Assembly: GCA_902792235.1 (NCBI GenBank)
Contig: CADAYP010000020.1
Span: 1,253 to 65,252 of the forward strand
Reading direction: 5' to 3'
Length of the DNA: 64,000 nt
Source of the DNA: Ruminococcus flavefaciens
GTDB taxonomy: Bacteria; Bacillota; Clostridia; Oscillospirales; Ruminococcaceae
Positions within the stretch are counted from its first letter, which is position 1. Each line of letters starts with the position of its first letter. Under the pieces are notes generated by a model, which saw nothing but the letters and a program-made list of their open reading frames with translations, ran no database searches and was not told where the DNA came from. Shown here piece by piece: positions 17,701 through 26,878 of this stretch. The position numbers and the translations under genes are program-made.

Positions 17701-20074
17701 ATTCTCCGTATACTTTTGCTGCGACATCTACGGACTGTTTTGCGTCCTTTGCGTAGAAATCCGCGTGTATCTGCTCGGCATATGAAGCTGTGAGGACAGC
17801 TCCGCCGACTACAGTCTTACATTCCGGATACTGCTCATTCAGCAGCCGGATAGTCTCCGCCATAGAGCCGAGGGTAGTAGTCATAAGGGCGGAAAGTCCG
17901 ACGAGTTTCACCTTGTGCTCGATAGCTGTATCTACTATGAGCTGAGGGTCAACGTCCTTGCCGAGGTCGATAACAGTGAATCCGTAGCTGTCGAGCAGAA
18001 CTTTCACTATATTTTTTCCGATATCATGGATATCACCTTTTACCGTCGCGAGTACGACCTTTCCCTTCGATACTGCTTCAGTATTTGAGAGCGAGAGCTT
18101 GTTCTTGATGACCTCAAAGCAGGCTTGTGCAGCACCGGCAGTGAGTATCAGCTGAGGCAGGAATATCTTGCCCTTTTCAAATTTTTCACCTGCTGCATCG
18201 AGTGCGGGAATGAGGTAGCTGTTGATTATCTCCATCGCATCAACTGTGTGAAGAAGCTCTTCCGCAGCCTTTACAGCGTCAGCTTTAAGTCCGTTTTCGA
18301 CTGAGTAAACGAGGTCGGGAGTACCCTTTTCCGCTGTTGCAGGAGCAGCCTTCGGCGCTGTGTCATCGTTTGCGTAAACGGCTATGAATTCGGCTGAATC
18401 GCGGTCGATACCTGCAAGCAGGCGGTAAGCGCGTACAGCTCCGATTATTGAGGCTATGTTGGGGTTTATGATAGGAAGGTCGAGACCGCTGTGAAGAGCC
18501 ATAGTAAGGAATGTGCGGGTTATGAGTTCGCGGTTAGGCAGACCGAATGATATGTTTGATACACCGAGAACAGTATGCAGTCCGAGTTCGGTTTTTACGC
18601 GGTGCAGAGCGTTGAGAGTCTCCATGACACCGTCCTGCTCGGCTGATGCGGTAAGAGTAAGGCAGTCGATGAAGACATCTTCCTTAGGGATACCGTATGA
18701 CATTGCACGTTCGAGTATTTTTTTTGCAATAGCAAATCTGCCCTCTGCGGTTTTCGGTATACCGCCCTTGTCGAGTGTAAGTCCGACTACTGCCGCACCG
18801 TATTTCTTCACGAGCGGAAGTATATTATCAAGTGACTCGTCCTCACCGTTTACGGAGTTTACGATAGGTTTGCCGTTGTAAACTCGGAGTCCTGCTTCGA
18901 GTACCTCGGGGATAGTGGAATCAAGCTGTAACGGAGTATCGCATATACCCTGTATCGCCTTGACAGCGGTCACCATCATTTCCTTTTCGTCGATACCCGG
19001 CAGTCCCACGTTTACGTCGAGAATTTCGGCTCCTGCATGAATCTGCTCGACAGCCTGTCCGAGGATGTAGTCGATATCATGGGCGAGAAGAGCTTCCTTG
19101 AAGCGCTTTTTTCCGGTAGGGTTGATACGTTCGCCGATAACACGCGGCTGATTTATCTCTACGCAGCATACTGCTGAACAGACTGCACTTCCGCGTTTTA
19201 CTTCGCGTTGTGTATACTCCTCGCCGGAGAGTGCCTCTACAACTGCGGCAATATGTGCAGGAGTAGTTCCGCAGCAGCCGCCGAATATCTTGACTCCGGC
19301 ATTTGCGAGCCTGACTGCACTTGCGGCAAACTCGTCAGGACCGACGTTGAATTTATTTGTAACAGGGTCGGGAAGTCCTGCATTAGGCTTTGCGATGACC
19401 GGCAGAACTGTAAGACTGCATATTTTATCAAGTACGGGGAAGAGTTCCTCCGGACCGAGTGAGCAGTTTACACCGATAGCGTCAACGCCGAGTCCTTCGA
19501 GTACTGCTACCATACACTCTGCCGAAACACCGGTAAATGTACGCATATTTTCCTCGAATGTCATTGTCACGAGGACCGGCTTGTCGGAGTTTTCTTTTGC
19601 TGCGAGAACCGCTGCCTTGACCTCGTAAAGGTCGGTCATAGTCTCAATGACGATGACGTCGGCATCTGCTCCGGCAATCACGATTTCCTTGTAGCAGTCG
19701 TAGGCTTCCTCGAATCTGAGAGTTCCTGCGGGTTCGAGAAGCTGACCTATAGGACCGATATCAAGCGCCGTGAGAGCCTTTCCGGCGGCAGTTTTTTTTG
19801 CGTTCGCAACACCGGCAGACACGACCTCGGCAACGGTTTTTCCGCAGCCGCTGAGTTTGTATCTGTTTGCGCCGAAAGTGTTTGCATAGATTATATCAGC
19901 ACCGCTTTCGACGTATTGTCTGTGTATATCCATGATAGCTCCGGGGTTTTCAAGGTTGAGAAGCTCGGGTACATGACCCGTCTCAACTCCTGCCGCCTGT
20001 AGCATAGTTCCCATGCCGCCGTCGAGAATAACGAAGCTGTTTTTTTCGAGAAGTTCAAAGAATCGTCCGGACAT
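17699..20074 (-). CDS. metH: Cobalamin-dependent methionine synthase (Hcy-, folate- and B12-binding domains; no reactivation domain)
   Basis: DGGMGT, GVNC, GGCCGT, IGERINPTG, GDIHDIGKNIV. Confidence 0.92.
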   Translation of the reverse strand: MSGRFFELLEKNSFVILDGGMGTMLQAAGVETGHVPELLNLENPGAIMDIHRQYVESGADIIYANTFGANRYKLSGCGKTVAEVVSAGVANAKKTAAGKALTALDIGPIGQLLEPAGTLRFEEAYDCYKEIVIAGADADVIVIETMTDLYEVKAAVLAAKENSDKPVLVTMTFEENMRTFTGVSAECMVAVLEGLGVDAIGVNCSLGPEELFPVLDKICSLTVLPVIAKPNAGLPDPVTNKFNVGPDEFAASAVRLANAGVKIFGGCCGTTPAHIAAVVEALSGEEYTQREVKRGSAVCSAVCCVEINQPRVIGERINPTGKKRFKEALLAHDIDYILGQAVEQIHAGAEILDVNVGLPGIDEKEMMVTAVKAIQGICDTPLQLDSTIPEVLEAGLRVYNGKPIVNSVNGEDESLDNILPLVKKYGAAVVGLTLDKGGIPKTAEGRFAIAKKILERAMSYGIPKEDVFIDCLTLTASAEQDGVMETLNALHRVKTELGLHTVLGVSNISFGLPNRELITRTFLTMALHSGLDLPIINPNIASIIGAVRAYRLLAGIDRDSAEFIAVYANDDTAPKAAPATAEKGTPDLVYSVENGLKADAVKAAEELLHTVDAMEIINSYLIPALDAAGEKFEKGKIFLPQLILTAGAAQACFEVIKNKLSLSNTEAVSKGKVVLATVKGDIHDIGKNIVKVLLDSYGFTVIDLGKDVDPQLIVDTAIEHKVKLVGLSALMTTTLGSMAETIRLLNEQYPECKTVVGGAVLTASYAEQIHADFYAKDAKQSVDVAAKVYGE

Positions 20075-20088
20075 TTTGTGCCCCTCCT

Positions 20089-21207
20089 TTACGACTTAAA
20101 AGTTCCAAGGAAACGGAAATATTCAAGATTTGATGCAAGGTCGTTCATGACTGCCTTAACGCTCGGGTCGTCTATTCTGCCGCTGAAATCGAGATAGAAC
20201 ATTACATCGAAGCTGCCGTCCTTTACGGGTCTGCTTTCGATGCGGAGAAGGTTCATGCCGTTAACGTAGAATTTAGTGAGGAGTCGGTAAAGACTACCTT
20301 CCGTATGCGGTATTTTCAGCATTACTGATATAGCATCGGCTTCCGGAGCAACTTGCAGATTGCGCGAAATACACACGAATCGGGTGCGGTTGAGTGAGCA
20401 GTCGGCGATGTCTTTTGCGAGGATATTGAGTCCGAGGCGCTCCGCACACTCAACTGAACAGATAGCTGCAAGCTTGTCGGCAGGGTCACTCTCAGCTACC
20501 ATTGCAGCCGCAGTAGCGGTGTTGCCGTATTCGGCATTTTTGAGCTTGTGAGCGGTGAGATAATCGCAGCACTGTGCTATTGCCTGCGGGTGAGAGTACA
20601 CTACAGCAACATCATCTGCGGATATATCGGCTTTTGCTGCGAGGCAGTGATTTATCTCTACACATACTTCCCTTACCGTGTAGACGCTGAATTTAGCCAT
20701 AAGGTCGTATGTGCTGTTAACGCTTCCGGCAGTTGAATTATGCACCGGCAGAACTCCGTAGTCAAGCTCGCCTGACTGTACTGCTGCAAAAACGTCCTCG
20801 AATGTATTGTAGAAAACCGGCTGCTTATCGCCGAAAATAAGACGTGCGGCAGTTTCGGAATTAGCACCGGAAGTGCCCTGGCAGCCGATGCGTTTTGCTC
20901 CGGAAAAATCGGGGAGCGAGAAGTTGTAGTCAGGACTGTCGGTCAGCAGTTTTCTGTTTTGCAGGATCTTGCTGATGTCCATGATTGTCGTAAACAGAGC
21001 GGCAGTGCCTGTTTCGAGGGAAGGGTCTCCGGTAAGAGCCTTTATCCTGTCGATGACCTGCTGTTCACGTCCGCCCTGAAAGACGGGCATATTGTGCAGT
21101 TTTTTGTAATCTGCCACATCACGGCAGAGCTGCATACGGCTGAGGAAGAGTTCGAGTATCTGACTGTCTATATCATCTATTTTGTCGCGAAGCTGCTGAA
21201 TTTCCAT
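20089..21207 (-). CDS. pheA: Chorismate mutase / prephenate dehydratase with ACT domain
   Basis: LRDKIDDID chorismate mutase domain, SHPQA, NRTRF, IESRP. Confidence 0.93.
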   Translation of the reverse strand: MEIQQLRDKIDDIDSQILELFLSRMQLCRDVADYKKLHNMPVFQGGREQQVIDRIKALTGDPSLETGTAALFTTIMDISKILQNRKLLTDSPDYNFSLPDFSGAKRIGCQGTSGANSETAARLIFGDKQPVFYNTFEDVFAAVQSGELDYGVLPVHNSTAGSVNSTYDLMAKFSVYTVREVCVEINHCLAAKADISADDVAVVYSHPQAIAQCCDYLTAHKLKNAEYGNTATAAAMVAESDPADKLAAICSVECAERLGLNILAKDIADCSLNRTRFVCISRNLQVAPEADAISVMLKIPHTEGSLYRLLTKFYVNGMNLLRIESRPVKDGSFDVMFYLDFSGRIDDPSVKAVMNDLASNLEYFRFLGTFKS

Positions 21208-21236
21208 AAAATACCTCCGGAAAAATAATCACATAT

Positions 21237-21265
21237 ATTATATCACTTTAACGTTATAAAGTCAA
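21237..21265 (-). promoter_or_regulatory. SigA-type promoter of pheA-metH
   Basis: Minus strand TTGACT-17-TATAAT with TG extension. Confidence 0.75.
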
Positions 21266-21311
21266 GGTGATACCGCACAAATCCATCAGGCGGACTTTAT
21301 GCGGTGTTGTC

Positions 21312-23057
21312 TCAAGTACCGGATACAGCTTTTTTTCTGAGTGAGACCATGTCAAAACAATCGCATGAGCCGTCGAAGTTGAGGTCGGCGAGAACTGCGT
21401 CATCAGCGGAAATTTCCTGCGCTCCGAGCAGATAGCGGCTGTATGTTACGAGGTCGGCAGCTCCGACTTTGCCGTCAGTGTTTACGTCCCCCATAGGGCA
21501 GTCGCAGACGGGCATAGTCTTGCACTGGAACGTGTGAAGTTCGGAAGGTTCTGTAAGGTGCCATGTTTTGTGACTTCCGCCGGCTTCAGTAAGTTCGCTG
21601 TCAGAGTGGAGAAACCAGTCCATATTCTTATTGAAATCGTCCCATGTAGAATCGGTATGGAGCCAGTGTCCGCCTATTTTAACAATGTTCCATGCATGGT
21701 CACTGCTGCAAACGTAGCATGATTCGATTCCTGCTTCATGGCACAAAAGATTCATTGCGCGGGCATATCCTTCGCATACGCTTGTGCCGGTGATAAATAC
21801 CGAACTGTCTACGTGGTTTGTGAGTGCACTGTAATGGGATTCATTCGGCTCGTATTCGGTATGGGCGCACACCCAGTCGTGGAGTACGCGGAGTTTCTCT
21901 ATGTCAGTCATATCGGGAGTTATCTCTTCTGCGACGACCTTTTTTATCGTGGCATTGATATAATCATTTATGAAGCCTACGTTGTCAACTACTGCAAAAT
22001 CACGCTTGACGATGTCTTTTTTATCGTGGAAGAAGTCGCCGGACTCTTCATTGAAAACCGGTTCGTTGTTGATATTTCGCAGGTTGACACAGTTTGAGAA
22101 GCCTAAGCCTTCAATGCCTGACTCTGTGTCGTAATTGATATTTTCAAGCGAATTACAGCCGTAGAAAGCATTCTTTGAAAGAACGGGAGCAGCTTTGAAT
22201 GTGATATCGCTGAGAGATTCACAGTTTCTGAAAGAATAGCCGTGAAGTTGGGTCTCACCTCTGAAATTAAGGGATTTGAGGTTTTCGCAGTGCGAAAATG
22301 CCGCCGTCATAACATCGACATCCTGCGTGAAGTCGAGTTCAGTGAAACCGGTAGAAGCGAACGAATTTCCGCCGAATTCTATAAATCTGCATTCCGGCGG
22401 GAAACAGAGTTCGGTCAGCTTCGGACAATTTGCAAAAGCGGGAGTATCTATGGTGAATTTTTCACCGAGGTTTTTGAAGCTGACTTTGCGCAGTTCCGGA
22501 TTATTGGCAAAATTCAGATTTGTGGAACCGCGCCAATCCGGCAGAGGTTTCGGTATTTCGAGTTCTTCTATGGCTGTGTCTTTAAATTTTGACTGGTAAT
22601 GGAAACATATCTCGTCACCCTCGAAAACGAGCTTTTTCAGATGCGGAAAGAAGTCTAACGACATATCTGAATCCTTGACGGAAGCCGGTATCACGAGTGA
22701 AGACAAGGGCCTTTTATAGCTGTCTATTTCCTTTGCTTCCGGAAATTCTTCGTAGTAACTATCATCAGTCCGGTAGCAAAAAACGTCCTCGAGACGCTGT
22801 ACGGGCAACCCCTCGATTTCAGAAGGGATAACAATATCAGTTTCATCGCCGTTATATGCGAAAATACAGATGTGTTTATCATAGCTTACAGATTCGTCAC
22901 TGATGAAATAATCCCATGCCCCGTCCTCGGTAGTACCATCATCGGTGTAATTAACAGCCCAGTTTTCAAGGGCTGATGCACTTGATAAATCAACAGCAAA
23001 AGCAGAAATCAAGGCTGCCGCTGACGTTGCCGCGGCGATTTTTTTAATAAACTTCAT
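21312..23057 (-). CDS. Secreted BspA-type LRR plus transglutaminase-like protein with C-terminal dockerin
   Basis: Signal peptide; FxNCxxL repeats; VCEGYA...HAWN...DSTWD triad; GDVNTDGKVGAAD and ADLNFDGSCDCFD duplicated Ca loops. Confidence 0.88.
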   Translation of the reverse strand: MKFIKKIAAATSAAALISAFAVDLSSASALENWAVNYTDDGTTEDGAWDYFISDESVSYDKHICIFAYNGDETDIVIPSEIEGLPVQRLEDVFCYRTDDSYYEEFPEAKEIDSYKRPLSSLVIPASVKDSDMSLDFFPHLKKLVFEGDEICFHYQSKFKDTAIEELEIPKPLPDWRGSTNLNFANNPELRKVSFKNLGEKFTIDTPAFANCPKLTELCFPPECRFIEFGGNSFASTGFTELDFTQDVDVMTAAFSHCENLKSLNFRGETQLHGYSFRNCESLSDITFKAAPVLSKNAFYGCNSLENINYDTESGIEGLGFSNCVNLRNINNEPVFNEESGDFFHDKKDIVKRDFAVVDNVGFINDYINATIKKVVAEEITPDMTDIEKLRVLHDWVCAHTEYEPNESHYSALTNHVDSSVFITGTSVCEGYARAMNLLCHEAGIESCYVCSSDHAWNIVKIGGHWLHTDSTWDDFNKNMDWFLHSDSELTEAGGSHKTWHLTEPSELHTFQCKTMPVCDCPMGDVNTDGKVGAADLVTYSRYLLGAQEISADDAVLADLNFDGSCDCFDMVSLRKKAVSGT

Positions 23058-23090
23058 GCAGGCACCTCCTTTATGTTTCCTGTTGATTAG

Positions 23091-23119
23091 ATTTTATCAC
23101 ACATAGAGTGCGATGTCAA
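23091..23119 (-). promoter_or_regulatory. SigA-type promoter of dockerin protein gene
   Basis: Minus strand TTGACA-17-TAAAAT with TG extension. Confidence 0.75.
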
Positions 23120-23221
23120 CCGGATATAGCGCTGTAAAGCGTGATATCAAGCGAGTGACGAGAAACAATCCGGCAGTGTGTTAGTTAAAATAAAAATAAA
23201 TTAATTCCCATAAATAAAAGG

Positions 23222-23251
23222 TTGCAATGGACGGCTGATTTGTGTTATAAT
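23222..23251 (+). promoter_or_regulatory. SigA-type promoter of ruv cluster
   Basis: TTGCAA-18-TATAAT with TG extension. Confidence 0.6.
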
Positions 23252-23318
23252 AATAATGTATATGGTGAGACAGTATGACTATGCGCAGATTTATAGTAAA
23301 TATATTTTACAGGTATAG

Positions 23319-23813
23319 GTGTTGCATTTGAAGAATATTCGTATATTAGGCGTAGACCCCGGCTATGCAATAGTCGGATTCGGTGTACTCGACTATGATG
23401 GTATAAAATTCACTCCGATAGAGTACGGTGCTATCCTCACGGAAGCACACACTCCTTTCCCCGACAGGCTTAAAGCTATCCACACTGATATGGAGTTCAT
23501 ATTTGAAAAATACGCTCCTGAGTGCATGGCTATAGAAAAGCTCTATTTCACGTCGAATCAGAAAACCGGTATAGACGTCGCACAGGCAAGAGGCGTTACG
23601 GTGCTTTCTGCTGCCGAAAGAAACGTGCCGATATATGAGTATACACCTCTTCAGGTGAAATCCGCCGTAGTCGGCTACGGCAAAGCTGAAAAGAAACAGG
23701 TCATGGAAATGACTCGTCAGCTTCTCAATCTTGCGCAGATACCCAAACCCGACGATGCGGCTGACGCTCTTGCAATAGCGATTTGCCACGGACACTCAAC
23801 TCGTTGGGGATGA
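23319..23813 (+). CDS. ruvC: Crossover junction endodeoxyribonuclease RuvC
   Basis: ILGVDPG, AIEKLYF, QARG, EYTP.QVK, DDAADALAIAICH. Confidence 0.96.
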   Translation: MLHLKNIRILGVDPGYAIVGFGVLDYDGIKFTPIEYGAILTEAHTPFPDRLKAIHTDMEFIFEKYAPECMAIEKLYFTSNQKTGIDVAQARGVTVLSAAERNVPIYEYTPLQVKSAVVGYGKAEKKQVMEMTRQLLNLAQIPKPDDAADALAIAICHGHSTRWG

Positions 23814-23830
23814 TAAAGGAGTAAAAACTA

Positions 23831-24445
23831 ATGATATACAGTGTACGCGGAAAACTCATAGTCAAAGAGCTCGGACTCGCAGTAGTTGAATGCGGCGGAG
23901 TAGGTTACAGCTGCCGTACTTCCTACAGCACGGTTGCGCAGCTCGGCGAAATCGGAAGTGAGGTTACGCTCTATACATACCTCTATGTCCGCGAGGACGC
24001 GGTTGAATTGTTCGGATTTGCAACAATGCAGGAACTCAGCTGTTTCAGGCTGCTTATATCAGTATCCGGCATAGGTCCGAAGGCTGCTACGGCTATACTC
24101 TCGGATATGACACCGGAGAAATTTGCATTCATAGTTGCTTCCGGCGACAGCAAGGCTTTCACAAAAACAAAGGGAATCGGTGCAAAAACGGCACAGAGGA
24201 TAGTCCTCGAACTTAAAGATAAAATATCGGCGGAGTCGCTCGGCGGTTCTGTTGCAAAGGACGCCGCAGACTTCTCAGCAATGCCGCAGGGTGCGGTAAC
24301 ATCAGCTGTATCAGAAGCTATGGAGGCTCTTATGGTACTCGGTTACTCGCAGGGCGAGGTCGCTCCGATACTCGGCAAGCTTGACCAGTCGCTCGATACG
24401 CAGGACCTCATTAAAGAGACATTGAGGATAATGGCCGCTAAATAA
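23831..24445 (+). CDS. ruvA: Holliday junction branch migration protein RuvA
   Basis: GVGY, VRED..LFGF, VSGIGPK, KGIGAKTAQRIVLEL, ALMVLGY. Confidence 0.96.
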   Translation: MIYSVRGKLIVKELGLAVVECGGVGYSCRTSYSTVAQLGEIGSEVTLYTYLYVREDAVELFGFATMQELSCFRLLISVSGIGPKAATAILSDMTPEKFAFIVASGDSKAFTKTKGIGAKTAQRIVLELKDKISAESLGGSVAKDAADFSAMPQGAVTSAVSEAMEALMVLGYSQGEVAPILGKLDQSLDTQDLIKETLRIMAAK

Positions 24446-24502
24446 AGCTCTATTCCCGATCATTTTAATATATACATTCAAACAGAAAGGACAGGATCAT
24501 AT

Positions 24503-25224
24503 ATGATGAACCTTGACGAGCTGCTTAAAGCGGCTATAAAAGACCCGTCAAAGCGTTCTTTATTATAAAAAGCGATGTTTACGTAATCTGCAAGAATCCG
24601 GTAAAAAGAGAACGCGGCAGAGAAGAAGGCGGTATACAGCTCGAACTCATCACTACGCAGAACCCCGAGGGCGATATTTTTATCCCGTTTTTTACAAGCT
24701 ACCGCTCACTTCAGCAGTTCGCAAAGCGATATGTTGACTGCTACAAGATAAATTGTCTGCGTCTTTTCGACCTTATACAGTCGGTTTCAGCAGTTCTCAA
24801 CCCCAACTCCTACGGCAAGGAATTCTCATCGCAGGAGATAAAGAGTATTCTCATGATAGCAAGAAATCTCAAGATAAAGGCTATCTCATATAACGAGGCT
24901 GATACAATCAGCTATCGTCCGTGTGAACACTCCGTTGCACATCTCACAAAGGCTGCAACGAAATTCCTTTCAAAGCAGCCGAATGTAGACCGTGCTTTCA
25001 TCATGGAGATGATAAAAGGCTGCGAAAGACCTCAGCTGCTGATAGTCCTTGATATGATAGGCAGCACCCGAAAGCTCTTTGTACCGCTTTCAAAGTATCT
25101 CTCCAAGACCGTCAAGGCGAATGAGCACCTCTGCTTCATAAGCTATGAACAGGATATGGGCAAGAAGGCGGCTGCTACAGTTGAGCCGTTTTATGTCCGC
25201 AAGAAGCGTTATTTCGAGAGATAA
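24503..25224 (+). pseudogene. SseB-like protein (SseB plus SseB_C), frameshifted near 24555-24568
   Basis: SD then ATG 24503 gives MMNLDELLKAAIKDPSKRSLL*; another frame continues FIIKSDVYV...IPFFTS...VLNPNSYGKEF into the listed 24853-25224 ORF ending PFY. Confidence 0.72.
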
Positions 25225-25245
25225 GCGAAGGGAGCGTTCAGAAAT

Positions 25246-26301
25246 TTGATACAGACAGAGGATATGGAATTCGCCCCGAGAGTCATCTCACCCGAGGTCA
25301 CTCAGGACGACGGCGACATCGAGGTGACGCTCCGCCCGCAGAATCTCCATGAATACATCGGTCAGGACAAGGTAAAGGAAAAGATAGCGATATACATCGA
25401 AGCTGCGAAAAAGCGCGGAGAGCCGCTCGACCATGTCCTGCTATACGGTCCTCCCGGACTCGGAAAGACTACACTTTCGTCTATTATTGCTCATGAGCTC
25501 GGAGTAAATCTCCGTGTGACCACGGGTCCGGCAATCGAAAAACCCGGCGACCTCGTTTCACTGCTCACAAGTCTCAACGACAACGATGTGCTCTTCATCG
25601 ACGAGATACACCGCCTCTCCCGCGCAGTTGAGGAGATACTCTATCCTGCGCTTGAGGACAGGGTAATAGACATAATCATAGGAAAGGGTCCATCTGCACG
25701 TTCGATTCGCATGGACCTCAAACCATTCACCCTCATCGGTGCTACAACACGCGCCGGACAGCTTTCTGCCCCGCTGCGTGACCGCTTCGGCGTTATCGAG
25801 AGACTTGAACTCTATACCACTGAGCAGCTGACCGATATAGTCCGCAGAAGTGCGATGATACTCTGTATCCCATGCGATACGGACGGAGCTGCTGAAATTG
25901 CGAGCCGTGCAAGAGGTACACCGCGTATCGCAAACCGACTGCTTAAACGAGTGCGCGATTTTGCAGACGTTATGGGTGACGGAAGAATAACTCAGGAAAT
26001 AGCATCAATAGCTCTCAGCAGGCTTGAAATAGACAATCTCGGTCTTGACAGCCTCGACAGACGTATGCTGCAAATGATAATAAAAGGCTACGGCGGCGGT
26101 CCGGTAGGACTTGAAACGCTTGCTTCCGCGATAGGTGAGGAATCAGTCACACTTGAAGATATCTGCGAGCCGTTTTTAATGCAGCTCGGATTCCTCGGAA
26201 GAACTCCGCGCGGCAGAGTCGCTACACGTCTTGCGTATGAGCACCTCGGTATAGTGCCGCCTGAAGCGGGCAGCGGCAGCGACGGTCAGCTCACATTCTG
26301 A
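25246..26301 (+). CDS. ruvB: Holliday junction branch migration helicase RuvB
   Basis: [38 protein letters not shown]. Confidence 0.97.
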   Translation: MIQTEDMEFAPRVISPEVTQDDGDIEVTLRPQNLHEYIGQDKVKEKIAIYIEAAKKRGEPLDHVLLYGPPGLGKTTLSSIIAHELGVNLRVTTGPAIEKPGDLVSLLTSLNDNDVLFIDEIHRLSRAVEEILYPALEDRVIDIIIGKGPSARSIRMDLKPFTLIGATTRAGQLSAPLRDRFGVIERLELYTTEQLTDIVRRSAMILCIPCDTDGAAEIASRARGTPRIANRLLKRVRDFADVMGDGRITQEIASIALSRLEIDNLGLDSLDRRMLQMIIKGYGGGPVGLETLASAIGEESVTLEDICEPFLMQLGFLGRTPRGRVATRLAYEHLGIVPPEAGSGSDGQLTF

Positions 26302-26305
26302 TGAT

Positions 26306-26848
26306 ATGAAGATAAAAACTACGCGCCGGTATAACTACGAGAGAAATCTCGCACACAAGCTTGGCGATAAAATGATAAATGGGCAGGGTATGGGTGAAGT
26401 TTCAAAGCTGAGATACGGACTTTGTCCCATGAGTTTCAACGGCTGCGAGGTCATATCCGTGTACAATGCGCTGCAATATATCGGTAAACCGCAGAAATTG
26501 CAGGATATCGCATTCTTTCTTGAAAAGTACCGTATGCTGCTCGGCTTTTTCGGCTGCAATATGTTTCAGCTCGGCAAGGCTCTTGATAAATTCGGGGCAG
26601 CCTACGAACGACGCGACAGTATAAAAGGACTTCCCGCGTTCATAGTTTCATTCTGGACAGGCAGACCCTTTCTGTCTGCGGCACATACGGTTTTTTGTGT
26701 GCGTGAAAACGACAGGATATGCATATATAACCGCTATAACAACTGCGACACAGTGAGATATGTGAAAAAGCCGGCTGAGATATTCGGCAAGCACAAGCCT
26801 TTAGTTGTGTATTATATCAAGAAACCCGAGCATGACAGCGGTCGATGA
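26306..26848 (+). CDS. Hypothetical protein, possible C39/papain-like fold
   Basis: NGCEVISVYNAL...AHTVF...YN pattern; basic, no signal peptide. Confidence 0.55.
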   Translation: MKIKTTRRYNYERNLAHKLGDKMINGQGMGEVSKLRYGLCPMSFNGCEVISVYNALQYIGKPQKLQDIAFFLEKYRMLLGFFGCNMFQLGKALDKFGAAYERRDSIKGLPAFIVSFWTGRPFLSAAHTVFCVRENDRICIYNRYNNCDTVRYVKKPAEIFGKHKPLVVYYIKKPEHDSGR

Positions 26849-26878
26849 TAACAAACTTCACTCCTGAGAGGTAATATT

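Noticed and set aside
17699-20074. metH as a truncated pseudogene
   Set aside because: Clean stop followed by a terminator; MetH without the reactivation domain is a known form.
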